Virus record (IMG/VR): IMGVR_UViG_3300045973_000209
Coordinates: 1-64,000 of that record
DNA: 64,000 bases
Origin: a virus
Strand: one strand, 5' to 3'
Shown here: positions 17,871-25,618 of the stretch, one piece after another
How positions within the stretch are numbered: position 1 is the first letter of the stretch
Layout: every line of letters begins with the position of its first letter
The notes under the pieces: model-generated
What the model saw: the letters and a program-made list of their open reading frames with translations, nothing else
The model's database searches: none
Told to the model about the DNA's origin: nothing
Made by a program: the position numbers and the translations under genes

Positions 17871-18812
17871 ATGGAATTAATAAAATCATCTAGTGAAGTT
17901 ATGCCTTATGATGATAATCCTCTTAAGCATATAGAACTTGTAGCACGGAATTGTTATAAGAGTGAAGACAAGATAACAAATGAATCTTGTACTCCTTTTG
18001 TACAAATGCTTAAGGATAGAAAACATATGGCTATGCTTGAGTTTTATCCTTTTTACTTTCATATTGATACTGAATTTAGTCATAGGCTTCTAAGTATTAA
18101 TAATCTTCCTGATGTAAATGGTGATTTAATGTTACATAATGATCCTCATCAACCATATACACAAGCAAGTTGTAATCTTAGAACTGCTATGATGATAAGT
18201 AAATATGATGGTTATCTTGCTGGTGCAATACATCAAGAACATCCAAGTCTATATTTTCTATTTGATAGTATTTTAAGTAGTATAGGAGTTAATAATTATT
18301 GTCATTTAGTACAAGAAGATATGGTTGTTCCTGTACTTCGTTATCTTACTGGTCGTTTCATTTGTGATCGTGGTGTCAGTCATGAATTAGTTAGACATAG
18401 AATGTGTAGTTTTGCACAAGAAAGTACTAGATATTGTAATTATGGAAAAGATGATGTAAAGTTTATTATACCTAGTTGGATCCATGTTAAAGAAGGTATT
18501 TATAAATCTCCTATGGATTTTGAAGAAGTAATGTCTGTTGAATCTGATATGTTATTTGGACAGATGTTTCGTGCTGAAGGTACATATAGTGATCTTATTA
18601 AATTAGGATATGCGCCACAACAAGCACGTACAATACTTCCTAATAGTCTTAAAACTGAGATCATTGTTCAAGCTAGATTATCTGAATGGAAACATATATT
18701 TGAGCAAAGATGCTCTAAATCTGCACATCCTGATATGCAAGCATTAATGATTCCATTTAAAGAGAAAGTTTGTAAACACAATAGTGAATATAATACATAT
18801 TTAAATTCTTAA
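17871..18812 (+). CDS. thyX: flavin-dependent thymidylate synthase ThyX
   Basis: ThyX signature RHRMCSFAQESTRY (RHR..S....S.R). ATG at 17871 preferred over the listed TTG at 17862, which overlaps the upstream gene. Confidence 0.85.
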   Translation: MELIKSSSEVMPYDDNPLKHIELVARNCYKSEDKITNESCTPFVQMLKDRKHMAMLEFYPFYFHIDTEFSHRLLSINNLPDVNGDLMLHNDPHQPYTQASCNLRTAMMISKYDGYLAGAIHQEHPSLYFLFDSILSSIGVNNYCHLVQEDMVVPVLRYLTGRFICDRGVSHELVRHRMCSFAQESTRYCNYGKDDVKFIIPSWIHVKEGIYKSPMDFEEVMSVESDMLFGQMFRAEGTYSDLIKLGYAPQQARTILPNSLKTEIIVQARLSEWKHIFEQRCSKSAHPDMQALMIPFKEKVCKHNSEYNTYLNS

Positions 18813-18815
18813 ACT

Positions 18816-18971
18816 ATGGCACTTAATACTAAACGTAAAATATTCGATGAATTACAGTCCATTTGTGAAAGTGATAATATAGAACAAATGACACAATATT
18901 TATGTGATTATTTTACTACTGATGAATTGGTTGGATTAGTTGAACATATAAGAGAGGAGAAAGGATTATGA
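18816..18971 (+). CDS. hypothetical 51-aa protein (below the ORF-track cut-off)
   Basis: Hand translation MALNTKRKIFDELQSICESDNIEQMTQYLCDYFTTDELVGLVEHIREEKGL*; fills the ThyX-ligase gap exactly, with ATGA overlap onto the ligase start. Confidence 0.45.
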   Translation: MALNTKRKIFDELQSICESDNIEQMTQYLCDYFTTDELVGLVEHIREEKGL

Positions 18972-20140
18972 GACTATTTGCAAGAGATATAAAAGGGAAC
19001 ATTAAAGAGTGGAATATCACTCCTATTCCTGCATCTAATTCTGCGTCTATACAGACTGGCAGATTAGGTGGACAATTAATTGAAACTATAATAGAACATC
19101 CTGATATTACTACCCATATAGCAAGTAGAATTGCTAAGAAGAGAAAAGAAGGATATGTAAGTTTGAAAGATACTGGATTTCCTAATCCTAATGCTACATT
19201 ATTTAATGCACAATTATATACATGGTTAGAAGGTACATTAACTAAATGTAATACAGATGCAAATAACAATCTTAAACCTATGAAATGTCAGAAGTTTAAA
19301 GAAGGTGTTGTTAAGTATCCTGCTATTGCTCAACCTAAATATAATGGATTACGAGCAGTTCTTAGATGGGAACATTGGGTTATTAATGAAGGTATATTTG
19401 CTGAACCTAAAGATGGTGCTAAACTAAGAACTAAAGAAGGATTAGAATATGTGTTACCACAGATTACTAGTAATCTTAGTAAAGCAATGTTTCAGTCTGA
19501 AATAGGTGAGTTAGTATTTGATGGTGAATTATATATTCATGGTAAACCATTAAACTATATTAAATCTAGTTGTCCTATGACTAATAGTCATGGTACGATT
19601 AGTAAACCTAGTGGTAATCCAGATGAAGTTGTATTTGTTATATTTGATCTAGCTATTCCAGATATTCTTCAAGATTGCAGATTAGTAGAATTAGCATCAT
19701 TAGAATCTACAGCTAAACTTTGGATTGCTCCTCATATTACAATAAGTACTGATGCAGCAGCAATGGAATATAGAGATCTTTGTATTAAACAAGGATATGA
19801 AGGATGTGTGATTAGAGAAACAGATGAAGAATATGCATTTGGATTTAGACCTTCATTTATTCGTAAGTTTAAAACTCATTTAGATAGTGAATTTCTTATA
19901 GTTGATTTAATTCCTAAACCTAGTGATGATAGTTTGCCTTTATTTATACTTAAGAATGATATAAATAATGAGGTATTTGAATGTAATCCAACTGGGAACT
20001 GGGATTATCAAAGAGATTTACTTAATAATAGAGAAGAGCTTATTGGGAAGTTTGCAACAGTGAGATATAGAGAAAGAACTGGAACTGATAAGAAACTTCC
20101 TTTCCATGCAAATGTGATTGATATACGTGATAAAAAATAA
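18968..20140 (+). CDS. ATP-dependent DNA ligase with WGR-like N-terminal domain
   Basis: Motif I KYNGLR (19337-19354), FDGELYI (III), VVFVIFDL (IV), EGCVIRE and FIRKFK (V). N-terminal KEW.I....GRLGGQ....AKKRKEGY resembles the WGR domain. Confidence 0.8.
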   Translation: MRLFARDIKGNIKEWNITPIPASNSASIQTGRLGGQLIETIIEHPDITTHIASRIAKKRKEGYVSLKDTGFPNPNATLFNAQLYTWLEGTLTKCNTDANNNLKPMKCQKFKEGVVKYPAIAQPKYNGLRAVLRWEHWVINEGIFAEPKDGAKLRTKEGLEYVLPQITSNLSKAMFQSEIGELVFDGELYIHGKPLNYIKSSCPMTNSHGTISKPSGNPDEVVFVIFDLAIPDILQDCRLVELASLESTAKLWIAPHITISTDAAAMEYRDLCIKQGYEGCVIRETDEEYAFGFRPSFIRKFKTHLDSEFLIVDLIPKPSDDSLPLFILKNDINNEVFECNPTGNWDYQRDLLNNREELIGKFATVRYRERTGTDKKLPFHANVIDIRDKK

Positions 20141-20143
20141 GAT

Positions 20144-20398
20144 ATGCAAAAGACTACCAAAGATTTATTTCTTAAACTTAAAGGACTTCGTCCTATTGTT
20201 CATGGAGTGAGTAATGATTATGATACTGATTGGAAAACTGGACAAGTTATTGAATTATGGTTTTTACATATGCCTAATAAATATATTCCTTATAAGACAG
20301 AAAAAGAACTTCAAGATGCTATTAAAGTGCTTATTGATAGTACAGAAACTGATTTAGGATTTAGACTGCCAGAAACATTTAAAAAGATACCGCAATAA
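20144..20398 (+). CDS. hypothetical protein
   Basis: ATG 3 nt after the ligase stop; 84 aa. Confidence 0.55.
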   Translation: MQKTTKDLFLKLKGLRPIVHGVSNDYDTDWKTGQVIELWFLHMPNKYIPYKTEKELQDAIKVLIDSTETDLGFRLPETFKKIPQ

Positions 20399-20450
20399 TC
20401 ATTGGTATTAGTACTTATAAAAAAGTTTATTATTATCAAAAATAATTTAC

Positions 20451-20460
20451 TTTTTATTTG
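20451..20460 (+). promoter_or_regulatory. candidate promoter element TTTTTATTTG
   Basis: Second copy of the 10-mer found at 10448-10457; lies in the 105-nt gap upstream of the Nudix gene. Confidence 0.2.
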
Positions 20461-20503
20461 GAAATGTCGTTTAGATTAATTAAATTTAATAAAACATATT
20501 AAT

Positions 20504-20944
20504 ATGAATTACGTTGTTGGATTCCTATTTTCTCCTGATAGAAAAAATGTTGTATTGATTAAGAAAAACAGACCTGATTGGCAAAAAGATCAATTTAATG
20601 GTATTGGTGGTCATGTAGAAGAATATGAGACTGCTTGGGAAGCTATGGGACGTGAGTTTAATGAAGAAACTGGCGTGTTCTTTGATAGATGGGAATGTTT
20701 TCATGTAGGAAAGAGTATTGATGATCCTAGTGTTACAGTTTCTTTCTTTAAAGCATTTGATAAAGTATATGAGCGTGTATGTAGTATGGAAGATGAAGCA
20801 GTTGAAATAGTTTCTGTTGATTCTTTAAAGTCAATTAATTTAATATATAATCTTAATTGGCTTATTCCTCTTGCTCTTGATGATCAAACTTTTGAAACTA
20901 CTGGTAAATTTACACTTAATAAAAACTGGAATGAACGTATTTGA
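20504..20944 (+). CDS. Nudix hydrolase
   Basis: Complete Nudix box GIGGHVEEYETAWEAMGREFNEETGV (G.5E.7REU.EE.GU). Confidence 0.85.
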   Translation: MNYVVGFLFSPDRKNVVLIKKNRPDWQKDQFNGIGGHVEEYETAWEAMGREFNEETGVFFDRWECFHVGKSIDDPSVTVSFFKAFDKVYERVCSMEDEAVEIVSVDSLKSINLIYNLNWLIPLALDDQTFETTGKFTLNKNWNERI

Positions 20945-21647
20945 TATAGTAAAACAATATGATCTTTTAATGGCAGAATTAGAAGATAATGGAGGAGAAC
21001 TTACTCCTGAACTTGCTACTGCTTTAACTGTTAACAAAGATGAACTTGATAAGAAAGTTCATGCTTATCATTTTATCATTAAAACTAAAGAAGCTGAAAT
21101 TCAACTTGCTAAAGATGAACAACAAAGATTAATGAATGTTCGAAAGTCTAAAGAAGGTGTTATTGAAAAACTTAAGAATCTAGTTGATTTAGCAGTTGAA
21201 ACTTTTGGTGTATATAAACCTAAAGCAGTCAATAAAAGTCTTACATTTAGTGATTTAAGTGTATCTCAAAAGAAAACTGAAGCATTAGAAATAGATGGTG
21301 AAATAGATGATGAAAGATTCTGTAGAAAACAACTTACAATTACACTTTCATATGAAGATACTAAGAAATTCAATGAACAATTAAGAGGTACTGAATTTTA
21401 TCCAACTGAAACTATAATTGTTGATAATGCTAAACTTAAAGAATGGTTAATTGATAATGAAGAAGAACATAAAAATCTTTTATATCAATACAAAGAAAAA
21501 ATGAATAGTCCTAATACTTTCTTTGATGAAATGGAAGTAATTACTGGTGATAAACCTGTAGATGAAACAAAGATACTTAAAGAAAAAGATATTTCTATTG
21601 TTTTGAAAGCTAAGATTAATCATAATTCAACAGTAATTTTCAGATAA
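20931..21647 (+). CDS. Siphovirus Gp157-like protein
   Basis: MNVFDIVKQYDLLMAELEDNGGELTPELATALT...KVHAYHFIIK..EAEIQLAKDEQQRL follows the Gp157-family N-terminal coiled-coil pattern. Internal ATG at 20931 preferred over the listed 20871 start. Confidence 0.55.
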   Translation: MNVFDIVKQYDLLMAELEDNGGELTPELATALTVNKDELDKKVHAYHFIIKTKEAEIQLAKDEQQRLMNVRKSKEGVIEKLKNLVDLAVETFGVYKPKAVNKSLTFSDLSVSQKKTEALEIDGEIDDERFCRKQLTITLSYEDTKKFNEQLRGTEFYPTETIIVDNAKLKEWLIDNEEEHKNLLYQYKEKMNSPNTFFDEMEVITGDKPVDETKILKEKDISIVLKAKINHNSTVIFR

Positions 21648-21665
21648 CCCCATAAAAAGAAGAAT

Positions 21666-21995
21666 ATGACACAAGCCGAATTTGCAGGTACTCTTAATAA
21701 TTATCATAAAGATAATTTTAAACAATTTGCTACTGAATTTATGCATAATATTACTAGACTAAGTATGGATTTATGTAGTAGAGTGGTTACTAGTTTATGG
21801 GGATGTTCAGAAGTTGGTTATTTTGGTAATAATGTATATCATTTACTAGAAACTGCTGCTAGTGCTGATCCTAATGTACAACTTGAACCTAAACTAAAGA
21901 CTAATAGTTGTACTGTATATGTTATTTATCCAGATCAACATGCTGCTGTTTTTGCATTGTATAAAGTAGAGAAATATAAATCACTTAATAATTAA
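21666..21995 (+). CDS. hypothetical protein
   Basis: 109-aa ORF in the operon. Confidence 0.55.
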   Translation: MTQAEFAGTLNNYHKDNFKQFATEFMHNITRLSMDLCSRVVTSLWGCSEVGYFGNNVYHLLETAASADPNVQLEPKLKTNSCTVYVIYPDQHAAVFALYKVEKYKSLNN

Positions 21996-21999
21996 AAAT

Positions 22000-22080
22000 A
22001 TGGAAATAATAAGAGATCTATGGCCAATATGGCTAATAGTTGTATTAATATTAATTTCATTAATACCTAATAAGAAATGA
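22000..22080 (+). CDS. 26-aa hydrophobic micro-ORF
   Basis: Hand translation MEIIRDLWPIWLIVVLILISLIPNKK*; fills the gap exactly; stop overlaps the DUF932 ATG (ATGA). Confidence 0.35.
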   Translation: MEIIRDLWPIWLIVVLILISLIPNKK

Positions 22081-23120
22081 GTGCTAATATAAATAAGAAT
22101 AGGTTTACGGGAACTATGTCATTTGTGTCTGCAATCGAGCCTGCATGGCATAGAATGGGAACTATACTTCCTGATAAGTTTACTGCCGAAAATGCTATAT
22201 TATATGCTAATATGGGATATGTTGTTGCTAAAGCACCATTATATGCTAAGTTTTCAGATGATAGACGTTTACCTGATAATGAAAGAGGTTGTTTAGTAGA
22301 AGATAATTTTGCTACATATCGTACTGATACTAAAGATATCTTTGGTGTTGTTGGAAGTAGATATGAAGTAGTTCAAAATAAAGATGCTTTTGGATTTTTT
22401 GATAGCATTGTTGGTGAGGGAAAAGCAATATATGAAACTGCTGGAGTATTAGGTAAAGGTGAAACTATATTTCTTAGTGCTAAGTTACCTAATAATATTG
22501 AACTTCCTGGTAAGGATTTAGTTGCATTATATGTTCTATTGTCTATGGGGCATGATGGATTAAGAAGTGTTAGTGCTATGTTAACTCCAACTAGAGTAGT
22601 TTGTGCAAATACTTTGGCTATTGCTTTAAGTAATGGACAAAATAAAGTAATTATAAAACATACCAAATCTGCTTTAGATAGAATTAAAGAAGCAGGTAAA
22701 GTAATGGGATTAGTTACTAAAACTAGTGATGTTACTTCTGAATTACTTAATGCTATGGCAAAAGTAAAAATTACTGATGAACAACTTAAGGAATATGTAA
22801 CAATGGTATTTCTTAATGAAGAAGAAAGAAAAAGACTTGCTTTAACTGGTGATCATAGGATAGCTGAAATTCCTACTAGAACTATTGGAGTAATGGAACA
22901 AGTAGCTGAATATTATTATAGTGGAGTTGGGCAAGATACATTAAGTACTAAAGGAACATTATTTGGTGCATATAGTGGTGTAACTGGTTGGTTGTTTAAT
23001 AGTAAACAGTATAAAAATAATGATGCAAGATTGAAAAGTCTTGTATTTGAAGGTGAAGATTATAAGTTGAATGGAAAAGCATTAAATATAGCTGAATCAC
23101 TAATTAATACATGGAGATAA
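22077..23120 (+). CDS. DUF932 / phage-plasmid-like protein (TIGR03299-type)
   Basis: EPAWHRMGT...AKAPLYAKF...ATYRTDTKDIFGVVGSRYEVVQNKDAFGFFD...ETAGVLGKGETIFLSAKL matches the conserved DUF932 N-terminal pattern. Confidence 0.7.
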   Translation: MSANINKNRFTGTMSFVSAIEPAWHRMGTILPDKFTAENAILYANMGYVVAKAPLYAKFSDDRRLPDNERGCLVEDNFATYRTDTKDIFGVVGSRYEVVQNKDAFGFFDSIVGEGKAIYETAGVLGKGETIFLSAKLPNNIELPGKDLVALYVLLSMGHDGLRSVSAMLTPTRVVCANTLAIALSNGQNKVIIKHTKSALDRIKEAGKVMGLVTKTSDVTSELLNAMAKVKITDEQLKEYVTMVFLNEEERKRLALTGDHRIAEIPTRTIGVMEQVAEYYYSGVGQDTLSTKGTLFGAYSGVTGWLFNSKQYKNNDARLKSLVFEGEDYKLNGKALNIAESLINTWR

Positions 23121-23121
23121 T

Positions 23122-23625
23122 ATGAAAGTAAAAGTACAAGTCTTTAATAAGAGTAAAAATGCTCTTCCTGAATATGCAACTATTGGATCTGCTGGTATAG
23201 ATTTATTAGCTGATCTTCAATCATTTCCTAATATTCATCCAAATGATAAAGTATTGATTCAAGCTGGATCTCGTAAATTAATTCCTACAGGACTTCATAT
23301 GGCAATTCCAGAAGGATTTGAATTACAGATTAGACCTAGAAGTGGATTAGCACTTAAGAAAGGAATTAGTATTGTTAATACACCAGGGACTATAGATAGT
23401 GATTACAGAGGAGAAGTTGGAGTAATTCTTATTAATCATGGTGAAGAAGCAGTTGGTATTGGTCAAGGAGATAAAATATGTCAAGCAGTACTTAAAAGAG
23501 TAGATCAACTTGAATGGGATTCTGTAGATAAACTTGAAGATTTATCTAGTACAGATAGAGGACAAGGAGGATTTGGTAGTACTGATAATAAAGAACTCTC
23601 TTTACCTTTTAATCAAAATAATTGA
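23122..23625 (+). CDS. dut: dUTP diphosphatase (trimeric dUTPase)
   Basis: GSAGIDL, RPRSGLA, GTIDSDYRGEVGVIL, RGQGGFGST: the dUTPase motifs in order. Confidence 0.9.
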   Translation: MKVKVQVFNKSKNALPEYATIGSAGIDLLADLQSFPNIHPNDKVLIQAGSRKLIPTGLHMAIPEGFELQIRPRSGLALKKGISIVNTPGTIDSDYRGEVGVILINHGEEAVGIGQGDKICQAVLKRVDQLEWDSVDKLEDLSSTDRGQGGFGSTDNKELSLPFNQNN

Positions 23626-23686
23626 TCTCGGTTTTTGTCATGGAAAAGATGAGTAATATCAACTCTATTTAATTACGTTTAAGAGT

Positions 23687-23716
23687 GAGGGAGAACTTGT
23701 CATTCTCCCTCTTTTA
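23687..23716 (+). terminator. intrinsic terminator
   Basis: GAGGGAGAA (23687-23695) / TTCTCCCTC (23703-23711), then TTTT. Confidence 0.75.
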
Positions 23717-23737
23717 TTAATACTAATATAAAATGAA

Positions 23738-24043
23738 ATGTATCTAGAAATACTTGAGAAAGCAGTTGCTGATTATCTTAGTCCTGCTAATAGTGCTACT
23801 GTAAAAGAAATTATAATTAAACTTACTCCATTTTTATATAAGACTTTACAATTAGAAATCAATAGTATTGTTAAATTAAATACATTAGTACCTATTGAAG
23901 AATTAGGAATAATGTCTATTAAATTACATAAAAGAACTATTACTATTGAAAAAAGTAATACATTAGATGGAAAGTTTGAATTATATATGGTTGAAAAAAT
24001 GATGAAATATAATAATACTAAAACTGAAACAAATGAAACTTAA
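23738..24043 (+). CDS. hypothetical protein
   Basis: 101-aa ORF after the terminator/promoter gap. Confidence 0.55.
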   Translation: MYLEILEKAVADYLSPANSATVKEIIIKLTPFLYKTLQLEINSIVKLNTLVPIEELGIMSIKLHKRTITIEKSNTLDGKFELYMVEKMMKYNNTKTETNET

Positions 24044-24236
24044 ATATTTTCTCATGCAGGGAGTAGACTTAATACTACTCTTTATTTTTATAGGGTTGCT
24101 CATTGTATATATGATAACTGGAAGTAATATTACTCAAGCTTTAATATTAGCCGTAGGATATGTTAGTTATAATATTTATAATAAGGCTAAATTCGCTAAA
24201 GGTGTTGATGATGGCAATATAATTATTAAACCATAG
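24033..24236 (+). CDS. hypothetical two-TM membrane protein
   Basis: LILLFIFIGLLIVYMI and ALILAVGYVSYNIY hydrophobic segments. Confidence 0.5.
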   Translation: MKLKYFLMQGVDLILLFIFIGLLIVYMITGSNITQALILAVGYVSYNIYNKAKFAKGVDDGNIIIKP

Positions 24237-24245
24237 AATAATAGT

Positions 24246-24339
24246 AAAGATGAAATTTATGCCTCTGTAGAGTGAGTCAAAATTAAAGTTCCTGTACGAT
24301 TCTCTAGAAACTTTGACCTACACCAACAATTTCATCTTT
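24246..24339 (+). other. 12-bp perfect inverted repeat enclosing about 70 nt of potentially structured RNA, upstream of the GIY-YIG gene
   Basis: AAAGATGAAATT (24246-24257) / AATTTCATCTTT (24328-24339). Internal complementary pairs TAGAG (24268-72) / CTCTA (24302-06) and GTCAAA (24276-81) / TTTGAC (24312-17). T-rich tract follows. Confidence 0.4.
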
Positions 24340-24369
24340 CTTTTTATTCTCACTAACAAAATCATTATT

Positions 24370-25098
24370 ATGTTTCCAAATTTCATTCAAAAAGCAATAA
24401 CTAATGATATTAGTATCGTTACTCCTATCATTTCGATTCCTATCAAACAAAGAATTAGTCCTGATTTATATGCCAGTTTTTCTAATTTGAATTTTGCAGG
24501 TGTTTATAAAATAGGTTCTGAAGTCAATAAAAAAGATTGTTATATAGGTAGTGCATATAATATTACACTTAAAGTAATACATCATATGAACCTTCTATAT
24601 AATAATAAACATCATTCTAAAGGATTACAAGATTGGGTTAATGAAAATGGAATTGAAGCATTAGATATTTCACTTTTAAGCTGGTCTAAACCATTTCCTA
24701 ATGAATTTGAGAAGCTAGAGCAATATTATTTAGATTTAATTAAACCTAATTTCAATAGTGTATTAAATAAGAAAGTTATTACTGTAAAAACTAAAGAAGA
24801 AAAGAACATTGGATATTATAATTATAAGATTTTAAATGAGTTTGGTAAATTAATGGTAACTAGTTTTAGTAGTCATTATCCAAATCATTATCCAGATATT
24901 ATTGTTAAAAGTGAAGTTGATGAAGAAAGAAAACATTGGACTCCTACTATATGTATTAATACTGAAAGTCAGTTTAGTATAAAGAGAGGAGATACAAATA
25001 ATTTACCTAAGAAAAAGAAGTTTGAATCTGATAAAGATGTAACTGAAATTACTATCGTTAAAAGAAATCTTGGATTAATAGGACGTGTAGCACAGTAA
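24370..25098 (+). CDS. GIY-YIG homing endonuclease
   Basis: GVYKIGSEVNKKDCYIGSAYN (GIY...YIG), ..HH.....HHSKGLQDWVNENG, LEQYYLDLIKPNFN. ATG at 24370 preferred over the listed TTG at 24313. Confidence 0.75.
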   Translation: MFPNFIQKAITNDISIVTPIISIPIKQRISPDLYASFSNLNFAGVYKIGSEVNKKDCYIGSAYNITLKVIHHMNLLYNNKHHSKGLQDWVNENGIEALDISLLSWSKPFPNEFEKLEQYYLDLIKPNFNSVLNKKVITVKTKEEKNIGYYNYKILNEFGKLMVTSFSSHYPNHYPDIIVKSEVDEERKHWTPTICINTESQFSIKRGDTNNLPKKKKFESDKDVTEITIVKRNLGLIGRVAQ

Positions 25099-25113
25099 TT
25101 AAAATATTAAAAT

Positions 25114-25512
25114 ATGAAACAAAATTCTTTTTATTTTAAAGATGCTAATTTAAGAAGTAAATATAATATTAGTTTAACTGCATATAATGAGATATTTATT
25201 ACTCAAAATGGAAGATGTGCAATATGCAATACTCATCAATCTAATTTAACAAGACCATTATTTGTAGATCATGATCATAAAACAAATACAATACGAGGTT
25301 TATTATGCCAAAGATGTAATCTATTTTTAGGTGCTAATAATGATAATATTCATACTATGCTTACTAGAATTAAAAAATATGAAGAGAATATTATTCTTTT
25401 TAAAACTATGATTGACTATTTAAATAAACAAAATCCTTTTACTCCTAAAGTAAAAATAACATATATAACTAAAGATACTATTGTTAAAAAAGATAGTTTT
25501 CCATTTGATTAA
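25114..25512 (+). CDS. HNH endonuclease, recombination endonuclease VII type
   Basis: NGRCAICNT....LFVDHDHKTNTIRGLLCQRCNLFLG: the Endonuclease_7 zinc/HNH signature. Confidence 0.8.
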   Translation: MKQNSFYFKDANLRSKYNISLTAYNEIFITQNGRCAICNTHQSNLTRPLFVDHDHKTNTIRGLLCQRCNLFLGANNDNIHTMLTRIKKYEENIILFKTMIDYLNKQNPFTPKVKITYITKDTIVKKDSFPFD

Positions 25513-25560
25513 TTATCTATTACTATTTAATTAAGAAAAAATACTATATATCAAAAAATT

Positions 25561-25593
25561 AGCCCTGCCAGAAGTATCTAGCAGGGCTTTTTC
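25561..25593. terminator. bidirectional intrinsic terminator at the convergence of the two modules
   Basis: AGCCCTGC (25561-25568) / GCAGGGCT (25581-25588), flanked by an A-run upstream and TTTTT downstream; lies between convergent stops at 25512 and 25619. Confidence 0.8.
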
Positions 25594-25618
25594 ACAACCA
25601 TTCACACTAATTCCTAGA

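Noticed and set aside
24261-24320. Possible tRNA in the relatively GC-rich gap upstream of the GIY-YIG gene (GTACGATTC looks vaguely T-loop-like)
   Set aside because: I could not build an acceptor stem, a D-arm or a 5-bp T-stem around it. The complementarity present fits a hairpin or pseudoknot, not a cloverleaf.
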